In this document: piece by piece, positions 1-9,350 of the stretch
Position numbering within the stretch: the stretch's first letter is position 1
How the letters are laid out: each line of letters opens with the position of its first letter
Assembly (NCBI GenBank): GCA_963715485.1
Contig: OY970244.1
Coordinates: forward strand, 1,316,717-1,380,716
Source of the DNA: an uncultured Gammaproteobacteria bacterium
GTDB lineage: Bacteria; Pseudomonadota; Gammaproteobacteria; Steroidobacterales; Steroidobacteraceae
Direction of reading: 5' to 3'
DNA length: 64,000 bases
The notes under the pieces: model-generated
What the model saw: only the letters and a program-made list of their open reading frames with translations
Databases searched by the model: none
What the model was told of the DNA's origin: nothing
Program-made: the position numbers and the translations under genes

Positions 1-1517
1 TGAACCACCGGGAAGATTCCGCCGTACTTGATGTCGACTGCGGTGTCGCGCCCGAACGGGTTGCGCAGGGTCAGTGGCGCGTGGAACTCGATGGCAGGGC
101 GGACGAAATGGTGCAGCCAGATCTGGTTCTGGCCGAGCTTCGAGAGCGCCTCGCGCAGGGGATGGAACAGCACCGGGTCACCGGCGACCGGCTGGGCATC
201 GATCAGGATCGCGGTATCGAGCTGGGATTGGGGAGCGGTGCTGCCGACCAGTTGCTCCACATGCGCCTGCCACTGTGGTACCGAGCCGCGCCATTCCGGA
301 TTCGAGACCATCACGCCGCCGGGGCAGGGCGGATAGCCCAGCGCGACGAGTCCCTCCGACAGCGCGACGGCGTAGGGCGCAACCTCGGCGTCAGTGACGC
401 CTTCTCCCAGGATCAGGGCGTTGTCCTGGTCAGTCTTCAGGATCTGCTCGCTGCGGCCTTCGCTGCCGAGCACCATCATGCAGCAGCGGTCCTGCAGGTC
501 GGGCGGCATGGTAAGCGCATACAGTCGCGCCAGGATGCGCGCGTTCAGCGCACTGACGAGCTCTCCCAGGTGCCGCATCTTGGCGCCGGTCGCGTTCAGC
601 GTGCGCACCAGCGGCGTCAGGCCGGTAGCCGCTTCCGCAAGTTCCTCGCGGGAGCGTGCCCGGGCGACGCGCAGGCCAACGATGTGGGAGTGGCTCGAGT
701 AATGGCTGAGCACCTCGGCCAGCCCCAGGGTCCCGACCAGATGGCCCTTCCGGGTTACCGCTACCCGTTCTATCCGGTGACGGGTCATGGATACCAGCGC
801 CTGGAACAGCGGCGCCTGGGAATCGCAGGTCACGATCGGCACCGTGGTGATCGAGCCGACCGCGTCAGTCAGTGGGCGGCCGGACAGTGCGATCGCATCC
901 AGTACGTCGGTACGGGTCGATATGCCGAGGCCCTCCGGGGTATCGACGAAGACGCAGTTGACCCGCCGGTCGCGCATGCGTCGGGTCGCGTCTGCGATCG
1001 ACAGGTCGGCCGGGACAATCACTGCCTCGGCCAGCTCGGCCTCACCCACTCGCGTCAGCATCAATTCGCCGAGGTCGCTCTGCGCGGCGCCAGTGTCGAC
1101 CGTGGCCGCCTTGCGTGACAGTGAATCGAGAAAATAGGCAGCGAAACGCCCGTTGGCCTCGACCGCTTCGCGGAATGCATCAGCGGGGATGGTCCACAGC
1201 AGCACGTCCTCCAGTGCCATGTAGCTGTGTCGCGACTGGCCTGTCAGGCAGGCCATGGAGCCGAACAGGTCCCCCGGGCCATATTCCGCGAAAGTTCGCG
1301 GCTGGGTATCACCTTCGCGCTGGTCCACCGCCGCGACGTGTCCCTTCAGGATCATGTACAGGAAGTTCGACGGGGTGCCTGACTCGAGCACGCACGAACC
1401 CTCGGACTCGAAGCCGATATCGATGCGTCGCCCCAGCGCGACGGTCTGCTCGCGCGAGAGCAGGTTGAACGGGGGAATCGTGAAGTCGAATTCCCTGAGA
1501 GCCGTCTCCATGGCCAT
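1..1517 (-). CDS. cyclic-nucleotide-binding / CBS / DUF294 nucleotidyltransferase-domain protein (partial, C-terminus beyond window edge)
   Basis: Absent from the ORF track because it runs off the edge. My translation of the minus strand from the ATG at 1517 gives MAMETALREFDFTIPPFNLLSREQ. It continues with a cNMP-binding-like segment (FLYMILKGHV..YGPGDLFG), CBS-like segments, and a DUF294-type core (MMVLGSEGRSEQILKTDQDNALIL). This family is classically linked to VC_2705-type symporters. Confidence 0.8.
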   Translation of the reverse strand, partial: MAMETALREFDFTIPPFNLLSREQTVALGRRIDIGFESEGSCVLESGTPSNFLYMILKGHVAAVDQREGDTQPRTFAEYGPGDLFGSMACLTGQSRHSYMALEDVLLWTIPADAFREAVEANGRFAAYFLDSLSRKAATVDTGAAQSDLGELMLTRVGEAELAEAVIVPADLSIADATRRMRDRRVNCVFVDTPEGLGISTRTDVLDAIALSGRPLTDAVGSITTVPIVTCDSQAPLFQALVSMTRHRIERVAVTRKGHLVGTLGLAEVLSHYSSHSHIVGLRVARARSREELAEAATGLTPLVRTLNATGAKMRHLGELVSALNARILARLYALTMPPDLQDRCCMMVLGSEGRSEQILKTDQDNALILGEGVTDAEVAPYAVALSEGLVALGYPPCPGGVMVSNPEWRGSVPQWQAHVEQLVGSTAPQSQLDTAILIDAQPVAGDPVLFHPLREALSKLGQNQIWLHHFVRPAIEFHAPLTLRNPFGRDTAVDIKYGGIFPVV

Positions 1518-1677
1518 ATTCTAGTCAGAAGGGGACATCGCTATTTTCATTTTCGACCCGACCCGTCCGCAAGGCATGGTCGGCTGTGGGAATCGAAAGC
1601 GGGAATATCGCCGAATTGGTGCAACAAAAAAACGGGGACGACCTTGCGGTCGTCCCCGTGGAGGTCGTCACCAATTC

Positions 1678-3379
1678 TCAGTGATGCGTCGCCGCACCCG
1701 CACCGCGCGGGACGCGGATATGGTCCACCAGCTCCTGGATGTGCGCCGGCGGTGGCGCGGTCAGGTGGCTGATGGTGTAGGTCACCGCGATGTTCAGCAA
1801 CATGCCGATGGAGCCTATGCCTTCCGGTGATATGCCCCACAGCCAGTTGCTGGCATTGTTGCCCTCCGGGTTCACGAACTTGAAGTAGATGATGTACCCG
1901 GCCGTAAACACAATGCCGACCACCATGCCGCGTGATCGCGCCCTGCATGTTGGCGCGCTTGTCGAAGATCCCCAGGATGATCGCGGGGAAGAACGAGGCT
2001 GCCGCCAGTCCGAACGCGAAGGCCACCACCTGGGCGACGAAAGCCGGCGGGAAAATGCCCAGCAGGCCTGCGATGACCACCGCGAAGAACGCCGCGATGC
2101 GCGCGTACAGCAGTTCCTGCTTCTCCGTGATGTCCTTCATGATCATCTTCTTGAGCAGGTCATGCGAGATCGACGAGGAGATCACCAGCAGCAGGCCCGC
2201 TGCCGTGGACAGCGCTGCCGCCAGGCCGCCGGCCGCCACCAGCGCGATGACCCAGTTGGGCAGATTGGCGATTTCGGGATTGGCCAGCACCATGATGTCG
2301 CGGTCGATGGACATCTCGTTGCGATCATCCTTGGCGTAGAACATACGGCCGTCGCCGTTCTTGTCCTCCCACTTGATCAGGCCCGTCTTCTGCCAGTTGG
2401 CGATCCATGCGGGAGCCTCGCTGGCCAGCACGCCCTGGCCGTCGGCGCCGTTGATCGTCGTGATCATGTTGACGCGCGCGAAGGCGGCCACCGCCGGCGC
2501 GGTCGTGTACAGCAGCGCGATGAAGAACAGCGCCCAGCCGGCTGACTTGCGAGCGTCGGAGACCTTCGGGACGGTGAAGAAGCGGACGATCACGTGTGGC
2601 AGGCCGGCGGTACCGACCATCAGCGCGAAGGTGATGGCGAACACGTCGATCGTACTCTTTGTCCCGCTTGTGTACGGCGAGAAGCCTAGCTCGGTGCTCA
2701 GGCCGTTGAGCTTGTCGAGCAGGTGCCCGCCATCCTGCATCTCGGCGCCGAAGCCGAACTGCGGGATGACGTGCCCGGTCAGCAGCATGGAGATGAAGAC
2801 CGCCGGCACCAGGTAGGCAAAGATCAGCACGCAGTACTGCGCCACCTGGGTGTAGGTGATGCCCTTCATGCCGCCGAGCACCGCATAGAAGAACACGATC
2901 GCCATGCCGATGATGACGCCGGTGTTGATCGGCACTTCAAGGAAGCGCGAGAACACGATGCCGACGCCGCGCATCTGGCCGGCAACGTAGGTGAAGGACA
3001 CGAACACGGCACAGATCACCGCCACCAGGCGCGCGGTATCCGAGTAGTAGCGGTCACCGATGAAGTCGGGAACCGTGTACTTGCCGAACTTGCGCAGGTA
3101 TGGCGCGAGCAGCATCGCCAGCAGCACGTAGCCGCCGGTCCAGCCCATCAGGTAGACCGTGCCGTCGCGGCCCATGAAGGAAATGAGGCCGGCCATCGAG
3201 ATGAACGATGCAGCCGACATCCAGTCCGCGGCGGTCGCCATGCCGTTGGCAAGCGGGCTGACACCGCTGCCGGCGACGTAGTAGCCCTGCGTGGTAGTCA
3301 CCCGGCTCCATATGGCGATGCCGATGTAGAGAGAGAAGCTAAGGCCTACGATCAGGTAGGTCCAGGTCATGACTGACAT
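1678..3379 (-). pseudogene. sodium:solute symporter, VC_2705 subfamily (ActP-like), interrupted by a 1-nt frameshift near 1930
   Basis: ORF 1547..3379 reads as a symporter up to ..PAIILGIFDKRANMQGAIT and then turns into nonsense. ORF 1678..1926 (MVVGIVFTAGYIIYFKF..) is the true C-terminus in the +1 frame. Length 1702 nt is 3n+1. A GGGAGGA RBS precedes the ATG at 3379. Confidence 0.85.
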
Positions 3380-3395
3380 GATGTGATCCTCCCGA

Positions 3396-3653
<258 letters not shown>

Positions 3654-3759
3654 GGCGTAATCCCCCTAGGGTCCGAGTTTTGGTCAGTGGGCAATCTAGC
3701 AACCGGCCGCAATCGCCACGTCCCGACTTTGGTCGAAGGATCTGCACGCGGACGCTGGT

Positions 3760-3793
3760 CCTAGACCTTGGTCTAGGCGCTGCTGCATTGCAG
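3760..3793. promoter_or_regulatory. candidate operators: perfect palindrome CCTAGACC-TT-GGTCTAGG (3760-3777) and CTGCA-T-TGCAG (3783-3793)
   Basis: Read directly in the divergent intergenic region between the symporter operon and the nitroreductase gene. No binding protein can be assigned. Confidence 0.25.
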
Positions 3794-3936
3794 TACAGGA
3801 TCCGGGGTGGACAGGCGCGTTCATGTTGCGGTGCATACAAGGTCGCGTTGATGCGTCGGTCCCAGGCAAGACCGATTCGCGTGGCAGCGACCGCACACAC
3901 AGTGACCCCGACGGCGTGATTATTCACAATGGCTCG

Positions 3937-4626
3937 ATGAACAAGCGCGAAGGGAAGACAACCCCGCCGATGATCCCGCTGCCGGGGTATGTCGAGTACC
4001 CGCCCCAGGTGATGCTGGCGCGGGCCCGGGAGTTCGCCGACGACATGCAGCGCCGACGCAGCGTGCGGGACTTCTCTTCCCGCGGCGTGCCACGCGGAAT
4101 CATCGAGGAGTGCCTGCGGGCGGCGACCGCGGCGCCTTCCGGCGCCAACCAGCAGCCCTGGAGGTTTGTCGCGGTGTCGGACCCTGCCATCAAGCGGCGC
4201 ATTCGCGCAGGGGCAGAAGCCGAGGAGCGCGAGTTCTACGCCCACCGCGCGCCGGAGGGCTGGCTCGAGGCTATCGCGCCGCTGGGCACGAACGCCGACA
4301 AGCCGTTCCTGGAAACCGCGCCGTGGCTGGTCGCGATCTTCATCCGGCGCTTCGACCGGCGTGCAGACGGCAGCAAGGTCAAGCATTACTACACCGACGA
4401 ATCCGTCGGGCTGGCCACCGGACTGTTCCTGGCAGCCTGCCAGCGGGCCGGACTGGCCACGCTCACGCACACGCCGAGCCCGATGGGGTTCCTGAACGAA
4501 ATCCTCGCGCGGCCAAAGGACATGGAGCGGCCGTTCCTCTTGTTGGTTGTCGGCTACCCGGCCGAGGACGCACAGGTCCCGGACATCGATCGCCACGGCG
4601 TTTCCGAAGTTACGGACTGGAAGTGA
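3937..4626 (+). CDS. nitroreductase family protein (iodotyrosine-deiodinase-like)
   Basis: [60 protein letters not shown] is typical of the nitroreductase fold. I chose the internal ATG at 3937 (MNKREGK) rather than the ORF-track start at 3823. Confidence 0.8.
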   Translation: MNKREGKTTPPMIPLPGYVEYPPQVMLARAREFADDMQRRRSVRDFSSRGVPRGIIEECLRAATAAPSGANQQPWRFVAVSDPAIKRRIRAGAEAEEREFYAHRAPEGWLEAIAPLGTNADKPFLETAPWLVAIFIRRFDRRADGSKVKHYYTDESVGLATGLFLAACQRAGLATLTHTPSPMGFLNEILARPKDMERPFLLLVVGYPAEDAQVPDIDRHGVSEVTDWK

Positions 4627-4677
4627 ACATCGCAGCGCGCAGGTCCCCGTGAGGACGGCGACGCAGGTCCTGGCCAG

Positions 4678-5178
4678 TTACCTCGCTGCGGGCAACCTGA
4701 AAGCCGGGTGCACGACTCGATCCCCTGCGCGAATCTTCAGCCGCTCGGCGGTTCCTGCCAGGACCTCGAGCACGCCGGTGACCGGCGCCACGCTCACCAG
4801 CGGATCGGTGGACAGCGGCGTCGCGCCCGCGATGACGTTCACGATCCGTCCATCCGGCGCAATGAACAGCAGGTCGAGCGACACATACGTGTTCTGCATC
4901 CAGAAGGACGCGTACTGGATCGGGTCGAATACGAATAACATGCCCTGGTCAGGCGCCAGTTCGCGCACGAACATCAGCCCCTGCGAGCGGCGCAGCGGCG
5001 TGTCCGCGACCCAGACCTCGAAGCTGTGCATGGCACCGCCGCCCGAAACCTGCACGCTGGAGCGTGGAAAATTGTCCAGCGGCTCCGCACCGTCGGGAGA
5101 CGCGGCGCAGGCACTCCCTGCCAGCAGCATCAGCAGGCACAGGCCGGCCATTCTCAGCGGCATTGCGACGCCCCTCAT
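4678..5178 (-). CDS. DUF192 domain-containing protein (secreted)
   Basis: Signal-peptide-like N-terminus. Core GLMFVRELAPDQGMLFVF..FWMQNTYVSLDLLFIAPDGRIV..VLEVLAG is characteristic of DUF192/COG1430. Confidence 0.75.
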   Translation of the reverse strand: MRGVAMPLRMAGLCLLMLLAGSACAASPDGAEPLDNFPRSSVQVSGGGAMHSFEVWVADTPLRRSQGLMFVRELAPDQGMLFVFDPIQYASFWMQNTYVSLDLLFIAPDGRIVNVIAGATPLSTDPLVSVAPVTGVLEVLAGTAERLKIRAGDRVVHPAFRLPAAR

Positions 5179-5744
5179 GAGTCGGGAGCGGTACTGTCGC
5201 GAGCTTCTTCGCGCCGCAGGATCACCTGCCCACGAAAATCGAAGCGCGTCATCAGGATGACTCCGCTGTCGTCCAGCGCCCTGGCCGGCTCGGTGCAGAA
5301 GCCTCGCGCCTCGACCTGCCAGGTCCGTTCGTCGGCGACGGCATCCGGCAGGCGATGTTGCGTGACTTCATCCAGCATGCAGCGCTGCTCGCCGCGAGTG
5401 CCGTAGATCATACCGCTCGCTTCGTGAAGAACGGTGACGTTGACGGGAACGGCCCTGGCGCTTGCGCCTTCCTGCAGCACCGGTGGGGCAAAGACGATCG
5501 CCAGGTCGCTGCCGTCCGGCAGCTTGCCCGAAAAGCGCAGGCGCATCCCGAGCCCATCCGGCCGCGGCATCCCCGTGCACGACAGCCCTGGCTCGCGCCA
5601 CTCGAGCTCAACCTCGACGTCGCCGCGCAGCCTGGCGGTCAGGAAGCCGCTGCCATCGCGCAGGCAAGCGGGCGGGGCCGCGACTGCCGGCTCAGCTCCA
5701 GCAAGCATTCCGTAGAGAACGAGCGTCGCGACCAGTCCATGCAT
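5175..5744 (-). CDS. hypothetical secreted protein
   Basis: Hydrophobic N-terminal signal. Its stop and the start of the DUF192 gene overlap by 4 nt (5175-5178). No family recognised. Confidence 0.55.
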   Translation of the reverse strand: MHGLVATLVLYGMLAGAEPAVAAPPACLRDGSGFLTARLRGDVEVELEWREPGLSCTGMPRPDGLGMRLRFSGKLPDGSDLAIVFAPPVLQEGASARAVPVNVTVLHEASGMIYGTRGEQRCMLDEVTQHRLPDAVADERTWQVEARGFCTEPARALDDSGVILMTRFDFRGQVILRREEARDSTAPDS

Positions 5745-5791
5745 GCCTCTCGGGTCCTCCGCCGGACTGCAGCCGTGTGAACCGGTTCCGC

Positions 5792-6697
5792 TCAGTCGGC
5801 GCGGGATTGCGCCACCAGCAGGTTCTTGGCGAGTCCGCCGTGCATGGTGCCAATGCCGCGGATCAAATGCAGCACCAGCGTGAGGAGCAGGATGCCGAGC
5901 GGTACGGCGATCAGTCCGATCATCGGTTCGGCGGTGACGTAGACCCCGTCGATATTGAGGCCCTCGCCGTGGAACAGGAACGCGCTCAGCGGGCCCAGGA
6001 TCAGGGAAAGCCCTGCGGCCAGGCCGGTCACGGCAACCGTGAAGTAAACGACGCCGAGGGGCAGCATCAGCAGGAAGTACAGCATCGTCGTCCAGGTCCG
6101 CCTGTCGCTAAGCATCTCCTTGATGCGCTCCATCATCGGCCGGCCCTTCTGCGGGTAGCGCGGCCGCCGCGGCATGCGCTGGCCCAGCAGGCCTTCGACC
6201 AGTCTGCCCTCGGCCAGGGCGAGCACCCGCGTGAAACCCACGAACAGCAGGAAGAACGGGATGCCGACGATCAGGATCGCGAAACCCAGGGACATCGACA
6301 GGCCGGTGACGGTCACCGTGAAGTAGACGATGCCGGTGCCGAGCGCGAGCAGCGAATAGAACAGAGCCGTCCAGGTCCGCGATTCCGCGTACACACCGAA
6401 GAATCGCCCGAGCGCGGTGCGATGCTGCTTCGGCTTTGGCGGGGCAAGGGCTTCACGCACCTGCCTCTCGGTCGTGCGGTAGGCCTCCGCGACCTCATCC
6501 GGTGCGCCGTAGGTGCTGGCGATCAGTTCCAGCACGTCCGCCTCGCTCTTGCCGGGGTTCGCATTGATCTCCGCGCGGAGATATTCCTCGGCGTCGTACA
6601 GCGCGTCCTGGATCAGCGCCGGGTCTTCGCCCGTCAGGGCCTCTCTCAGCGCCTTGAGGTAGTGCTCGATCGAGCGCGGCGCGCCAGAAGTGTTCAT
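5792..6697 (-). CDS. PadR-associated membrane protein (HAAS-like N-terminal helices plus duplicated transmembrane sensor-like modules)
   Basis: Only the C-terminal 301 aa of track ORF 5792..8308 look real (MNTSGAPRSIEHYLKALREALTGEDP.. followed by two repeated TM blocks WTxLxYxLLxLPxGxVYFTVxVTGL). The ATG at 6697 overlaps the padR stop (ATGA). Confidence 0.75.
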   Translation of the reverse strand: MNTSGAPRSIEHYLKALREALTGEDPALIQDALYDAEEYLRAEINANPGKSEADVLELIASTYGAPDEVAEAYRTTERQVREALAPPKPKQHRTALGRFFGVYAESRTWTALFYSLLALGTGIVYFTVTVTGLSMSLGFAILIVGIPFFLLFVGFTRVLALAEGRLVEGLLGQRMPRRPRYPQKGRPMMERIKEMLSDRRTWTTMLYFLLMLPLGVVYFTVAVTGLAAGLSLILGPLSAFLFHGEGLNIDGVYVTAEPMIGLIAVPLGILLLTLVLHLIRGIGTMHGGLAKNLLVAQSRAD

Positions 6698-7125
6698 GGC
6701 CTGTCCCCCATTGGGTCGGTGAAGTCGTTGACGAAATCGCGCGTGTCGTGCCAGATCGCACGCCAGTTCTGGAGAGTCTCGCGGCCCATACCTGTAATCC
6801 GGTAGTAACGGCGCGGCGGACCGGAATAGGACGGCACTACACGACTGGCCAGCAGGCCTGCTGCAGACAGCGTTCGCAGTACCGGATAGAGCGCTCCCTG
6901 TTTGACCAGGGTGCCCGAGCCGCCCTGGCGCTGGAGCCGCTTGGCGATCTGGTACCCATAGAGATCTTCCTCGGCCTGGTCGAGGATGGCCAGCAGCACG
7001 AGCGCGACCAGACCGGCGTTCAGTTCCTTCTGAAACTTGCGCGAGAGCGGGTCCTGCGCTGGCAAGGCGGCATCCAGTGCCTCGCCTTCGTCTTGTGCGG
7101 TTGAATTCATAAGGCAGTCCATCAC
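6694..7125 (-). CDS. PadR family transcriptional regulator
   Basis: LVALVLLAILDQAEEDLYGYQIAKRLQ..GALYPVLRTLSAAGLL..RRYYRITGMGRETL is a PadR winged-helix signature. An alternative start exists at 7110. Confidence 0.85.
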   Translation of the reverse strand: MMDCLMNSTAQDEGEALDAALPAQDPLSRKFQKELNAGLVALVLLAILDQAEEDLYGYQIAKRLQRQGGSGTLVKQGALYPVLRTLSAAGLLASRVVPSYSGPPRRYYRITGMGRETLQNWRAIWHDTRDFVNDFTDPMGDRP

Positions 7126-7132
7126 ACTGTTG

Positions 7133-7178
7133 AGTCAAGCATACTACTAACTTAATACTAGTCAAGCCCCAGTCAACC
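7133..7178. promoter_or_regulatory. three direct copies of AGTCAA(G/C)C in the AT-rich padR/glgC divergent region
   Basis: AGTCAAGC at 7133-7140 and 7160-7167, AGTCAACC at 7171-7178. This may be a PadR operator or a promoter element, but that is not established. Confidence 0.2.
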
Positions 7179-7333
7179 CAGTTTGTCGACCAGGTCCGAC
7201 GCGGCCACAGGGTTTCCCCAGCCAGGCGGCGCGCGAAGGGGCTGATACGGAGCATGAGCGCCCATGAATCTATCCGCTTGCTAGCTCGGGAGCTGTGGCT
7301 ACCATACGAGGGCGTAACCAGGCGGAGGACGGC

Positions 7334-8605
7334 ATGGAGAGCGGTATGGCAGGCCGTCGGCACTCGGGAAGATTCGTCAGTCGCCTGACCCGGGGCACGC
7401 TGGCGGTAATCATGGCTGGCGGACGGGGCGAGCGGCTCAAGCACCTGACGGAGCATCGCTGCAAGCCGGCTACGCCCTTCGGGGGCAAGTTCCGCATCAT
7501 CGATTTCGTGCTGTCCAACTGCGTCAATTCCGGCATCCGCCAGATTGCGATCCTGACCCAGTACAAGGCGCACTCGCTGATCCAGCATGTGCAGCGTGGC
7601 TGGTCCTACCTGCGTGGCGAGTTCGGCGAGTTCATCGAAGTCATCCCTGCGCAGCAGCAGGTGGGCGAGCACTGGTACCGCGGCACGGCCGACGCGGTAT
7701 TCCAGAATCTCGCCTACATCCGCGAGCACCGGCCAATGCACGTTCTGGTCCTCGCCGGCGACCACGTCTACAAGATGGACTACGGTCCGATGGTCGCGCA
7801 TCACGTGGAGAAGGGCGCCGACATCACCGTCGGCGTCGTCGAGGTGTCGCTGGACGAGGCCCGCGAATTCGGCGTGCTGACGGTCTCTCCGGAAAACAGG
7901 GTGCTGAAGTTCTCCGAGAAGCCGGCCAGTCCAGACTCCATCCCGGGACGTGAGGGCGTTGCGCTCGCCTCGATGGGCATATACGTCTTCAAGACGCGCC
8001 TGCTGGAACGGCTGCTGGAGGAGGATGCCTTCAATCCGGAATCCGGACACGACTTCGGCCGTAACATCATCCCGGCGGCGATCCACAAGCGGGCGGTGTT
8101 CGCCTATCCGTTCCAGGATGTCAGGACCCGCGCGCAAAGCTACTGGCGCGACGTGGGCAACGTCGATGCCTTCTACGAGGCCAACATGGAACTGGTCCAC
8201 GTGGCTCCGGAGCTGAACCTGTATGACGCCCAATGGCCGATCTGGACCTACCAGGTACAGCAGCCACCAGCCAAGTTCGTGCTCGACGATGAAGGTCGCC
8301 GGGGTCATGCCATCAATTCCATGGTGGCCGGCGGATGCATCATCTCGGGCGCCGAGGTACGTGAGTCGCTGTTGTTCTCCGACGTCAGGGTGGAGGAAAG
8401 ATCGCGGGTCGAGGGTTCCGTGGTGCTGCCGAACGTACGGATCGGTTACGACTGCCGCATTCGCAAGGCAGTCATCGACGAGGACTGCGAGATTCCGGAT
8501 GGCTGTGTCATCGGCTACGACGCCGAGCAGGACGCGCGTCGCTTCTACATCACCAGGCGCGGCGTGGCGCTGGTGACCGCGGACATGTTCCGCGGCCAGT
8601 CTTGA
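7334..8605 (+). CDS. glgC: glucose-1-phosphate adenylyltransferase
   Basis: [68 protein letters not shown] aligns closely with E. coli GlgC along the whole length. The ATG at 7334 has a GGAGG RBS. The track start at 7295 is a GTG. Confidence 0.92.
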   Translation: MESGMAGRRHSGRFVSRLTRGTLAVIMAGGRGERLKHLTEHRCKPATPFGGKFRIIDFVLSNCVNSGIRQIAILTQYKAHSLIQHVQRGWSYLRGEFGEFIEVIPAQQQVGEHWYRGTADAVFQNLAYIREHRPMHVLVLAGDHVYKMDYGPMVAHHVEKGADITVGVVEVSLDEAREFGVLTVSPENRVLKFSEKPASPDSIPGREGVALASMGIYVFKTRLLERLLEEDAFNPESGHDFGRNIIPAAIHKRAVFAYPFQDVRTRAQSYWRDVGNVDAFYEANMELVHVAPELNLYDAQWPIWTYQVQQPPAKFVLDDEGRRGHAINSMVAGGCIISGAEVRESLLFSDVRVEERSRVEGSVVLPNVRIGYDCRIRKAVIDEDCEIPDGCVIGYDAEQDARRFYITRRGVALVTADMFRGQS

Positions 8606-8816
8606 GCGGCGAGCCTGGCCGACGATTCAAGGTGGTGCCGTGCCGGCACAGGTAGATGGACCTGGAGCAGGAAATCGAGTGCGGCGCTGGCGCTTCTCCG
8701 GTTGATGGCGTTCTGCCGTCCGCAGATCTGCGATGAGCGGCCGATCGTCACGCGATGTCCGGGACGGCAACGGTGATGACCCTATACTGAGGCATGGACA
8801 CGGGATGGAGATGCAC

Positions 8817-9329
8817 ATGAACCCGGCGAACGGTCGCAACCGAAGGCGCCCGGCATGGTGGTGGCTCGCAGTGGTGTTTGTCTGTGCCGGTTGCGCGTCG
8901 ATGCTGCCGAAGCTCGAGGCGCCGCAGTTGTCGCTGGTCGGCGTCAAGGTGCAGGAGATGACGTTCTTCGAACAGCGGCTGATAGTGCGGCTGCGTGTCC
9001 AGAATCCGAATGACCTGGTCCTGCCTGTCAGGGGCATTGACGTGAATTTCGAACTGGCCGGCGAGGACTTTGCCCAGGGCGTCAGCGCGCGGGCCTTCGA
9101 GGTGCCGGCACTCGGCGAGGCGGAATTCGACATGATTGTCACTGCCAACGCCGCGACCGCGATCCTGCGCATCGCCAATTCGGGTCGCGGCAAGCAGATG
9201 GAATCGATCGACTACAGGATCCGCGGCAAGCTGAGCACCAGCCTGGGATTGTTGCGGTCGGTACCCTTCGATGAGGTGGGCACCATACCGCTCGACTCGA
9301 TCACTGGTCGCGGCGGCAAAGGGGGCTGA
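8817..9329 (+). CDS. LEA type 2 (LEA14-like, COG5608) lipoprotein
   Basis: Lipobox-like WWWLAVVFVCAGC is followed by PQLSLVGVKVQEMTFFEQRLIVRLRVQNPNDLVLPVRGIDVNFELAGEDFAQG, typical of the LEA_2 domain. The start is uncertain (8805, 8811 or 8817). Confidence 0.75.
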   Translation: MNPANGRNRRRPAWWWLAVVFVCAGCASMLPKLEAPQLSLVGVKVQEMTFFEQRLIVRLRVQNPNDLVLPVRGIDVNFELAGEDFAQGVSARAFEVPALGEAEFDMIVTANAATAILRIANSGRGKQMESIDYRIRGKLSTSLGLLRSVPFDEVGTIPLDSITGRGGKGG

Positions 9330-9350
9330 CGAAGCCGGGCCTGTGGCGCG

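Noticed and set aside
28-1524. Several plus-strand ORFs (81..1118, 787..1137, 1115..1468 and others).
   Set aside because: They are shadows of the minus-strand DUF294 gene, which the track omits because it runs off the edge. Their translations have no motifs and are Arg/Ala-rich.
6698-8308. N-terminal 537 aa of the 838-aa minus-strand ORF 5792..8308.
   Set aside because: This part is antisense to glgC and overlaps padR in another frame. Only the last 301 aa (from the ATG at 6697, coupled to the padR stop) look like a real membrane protein.
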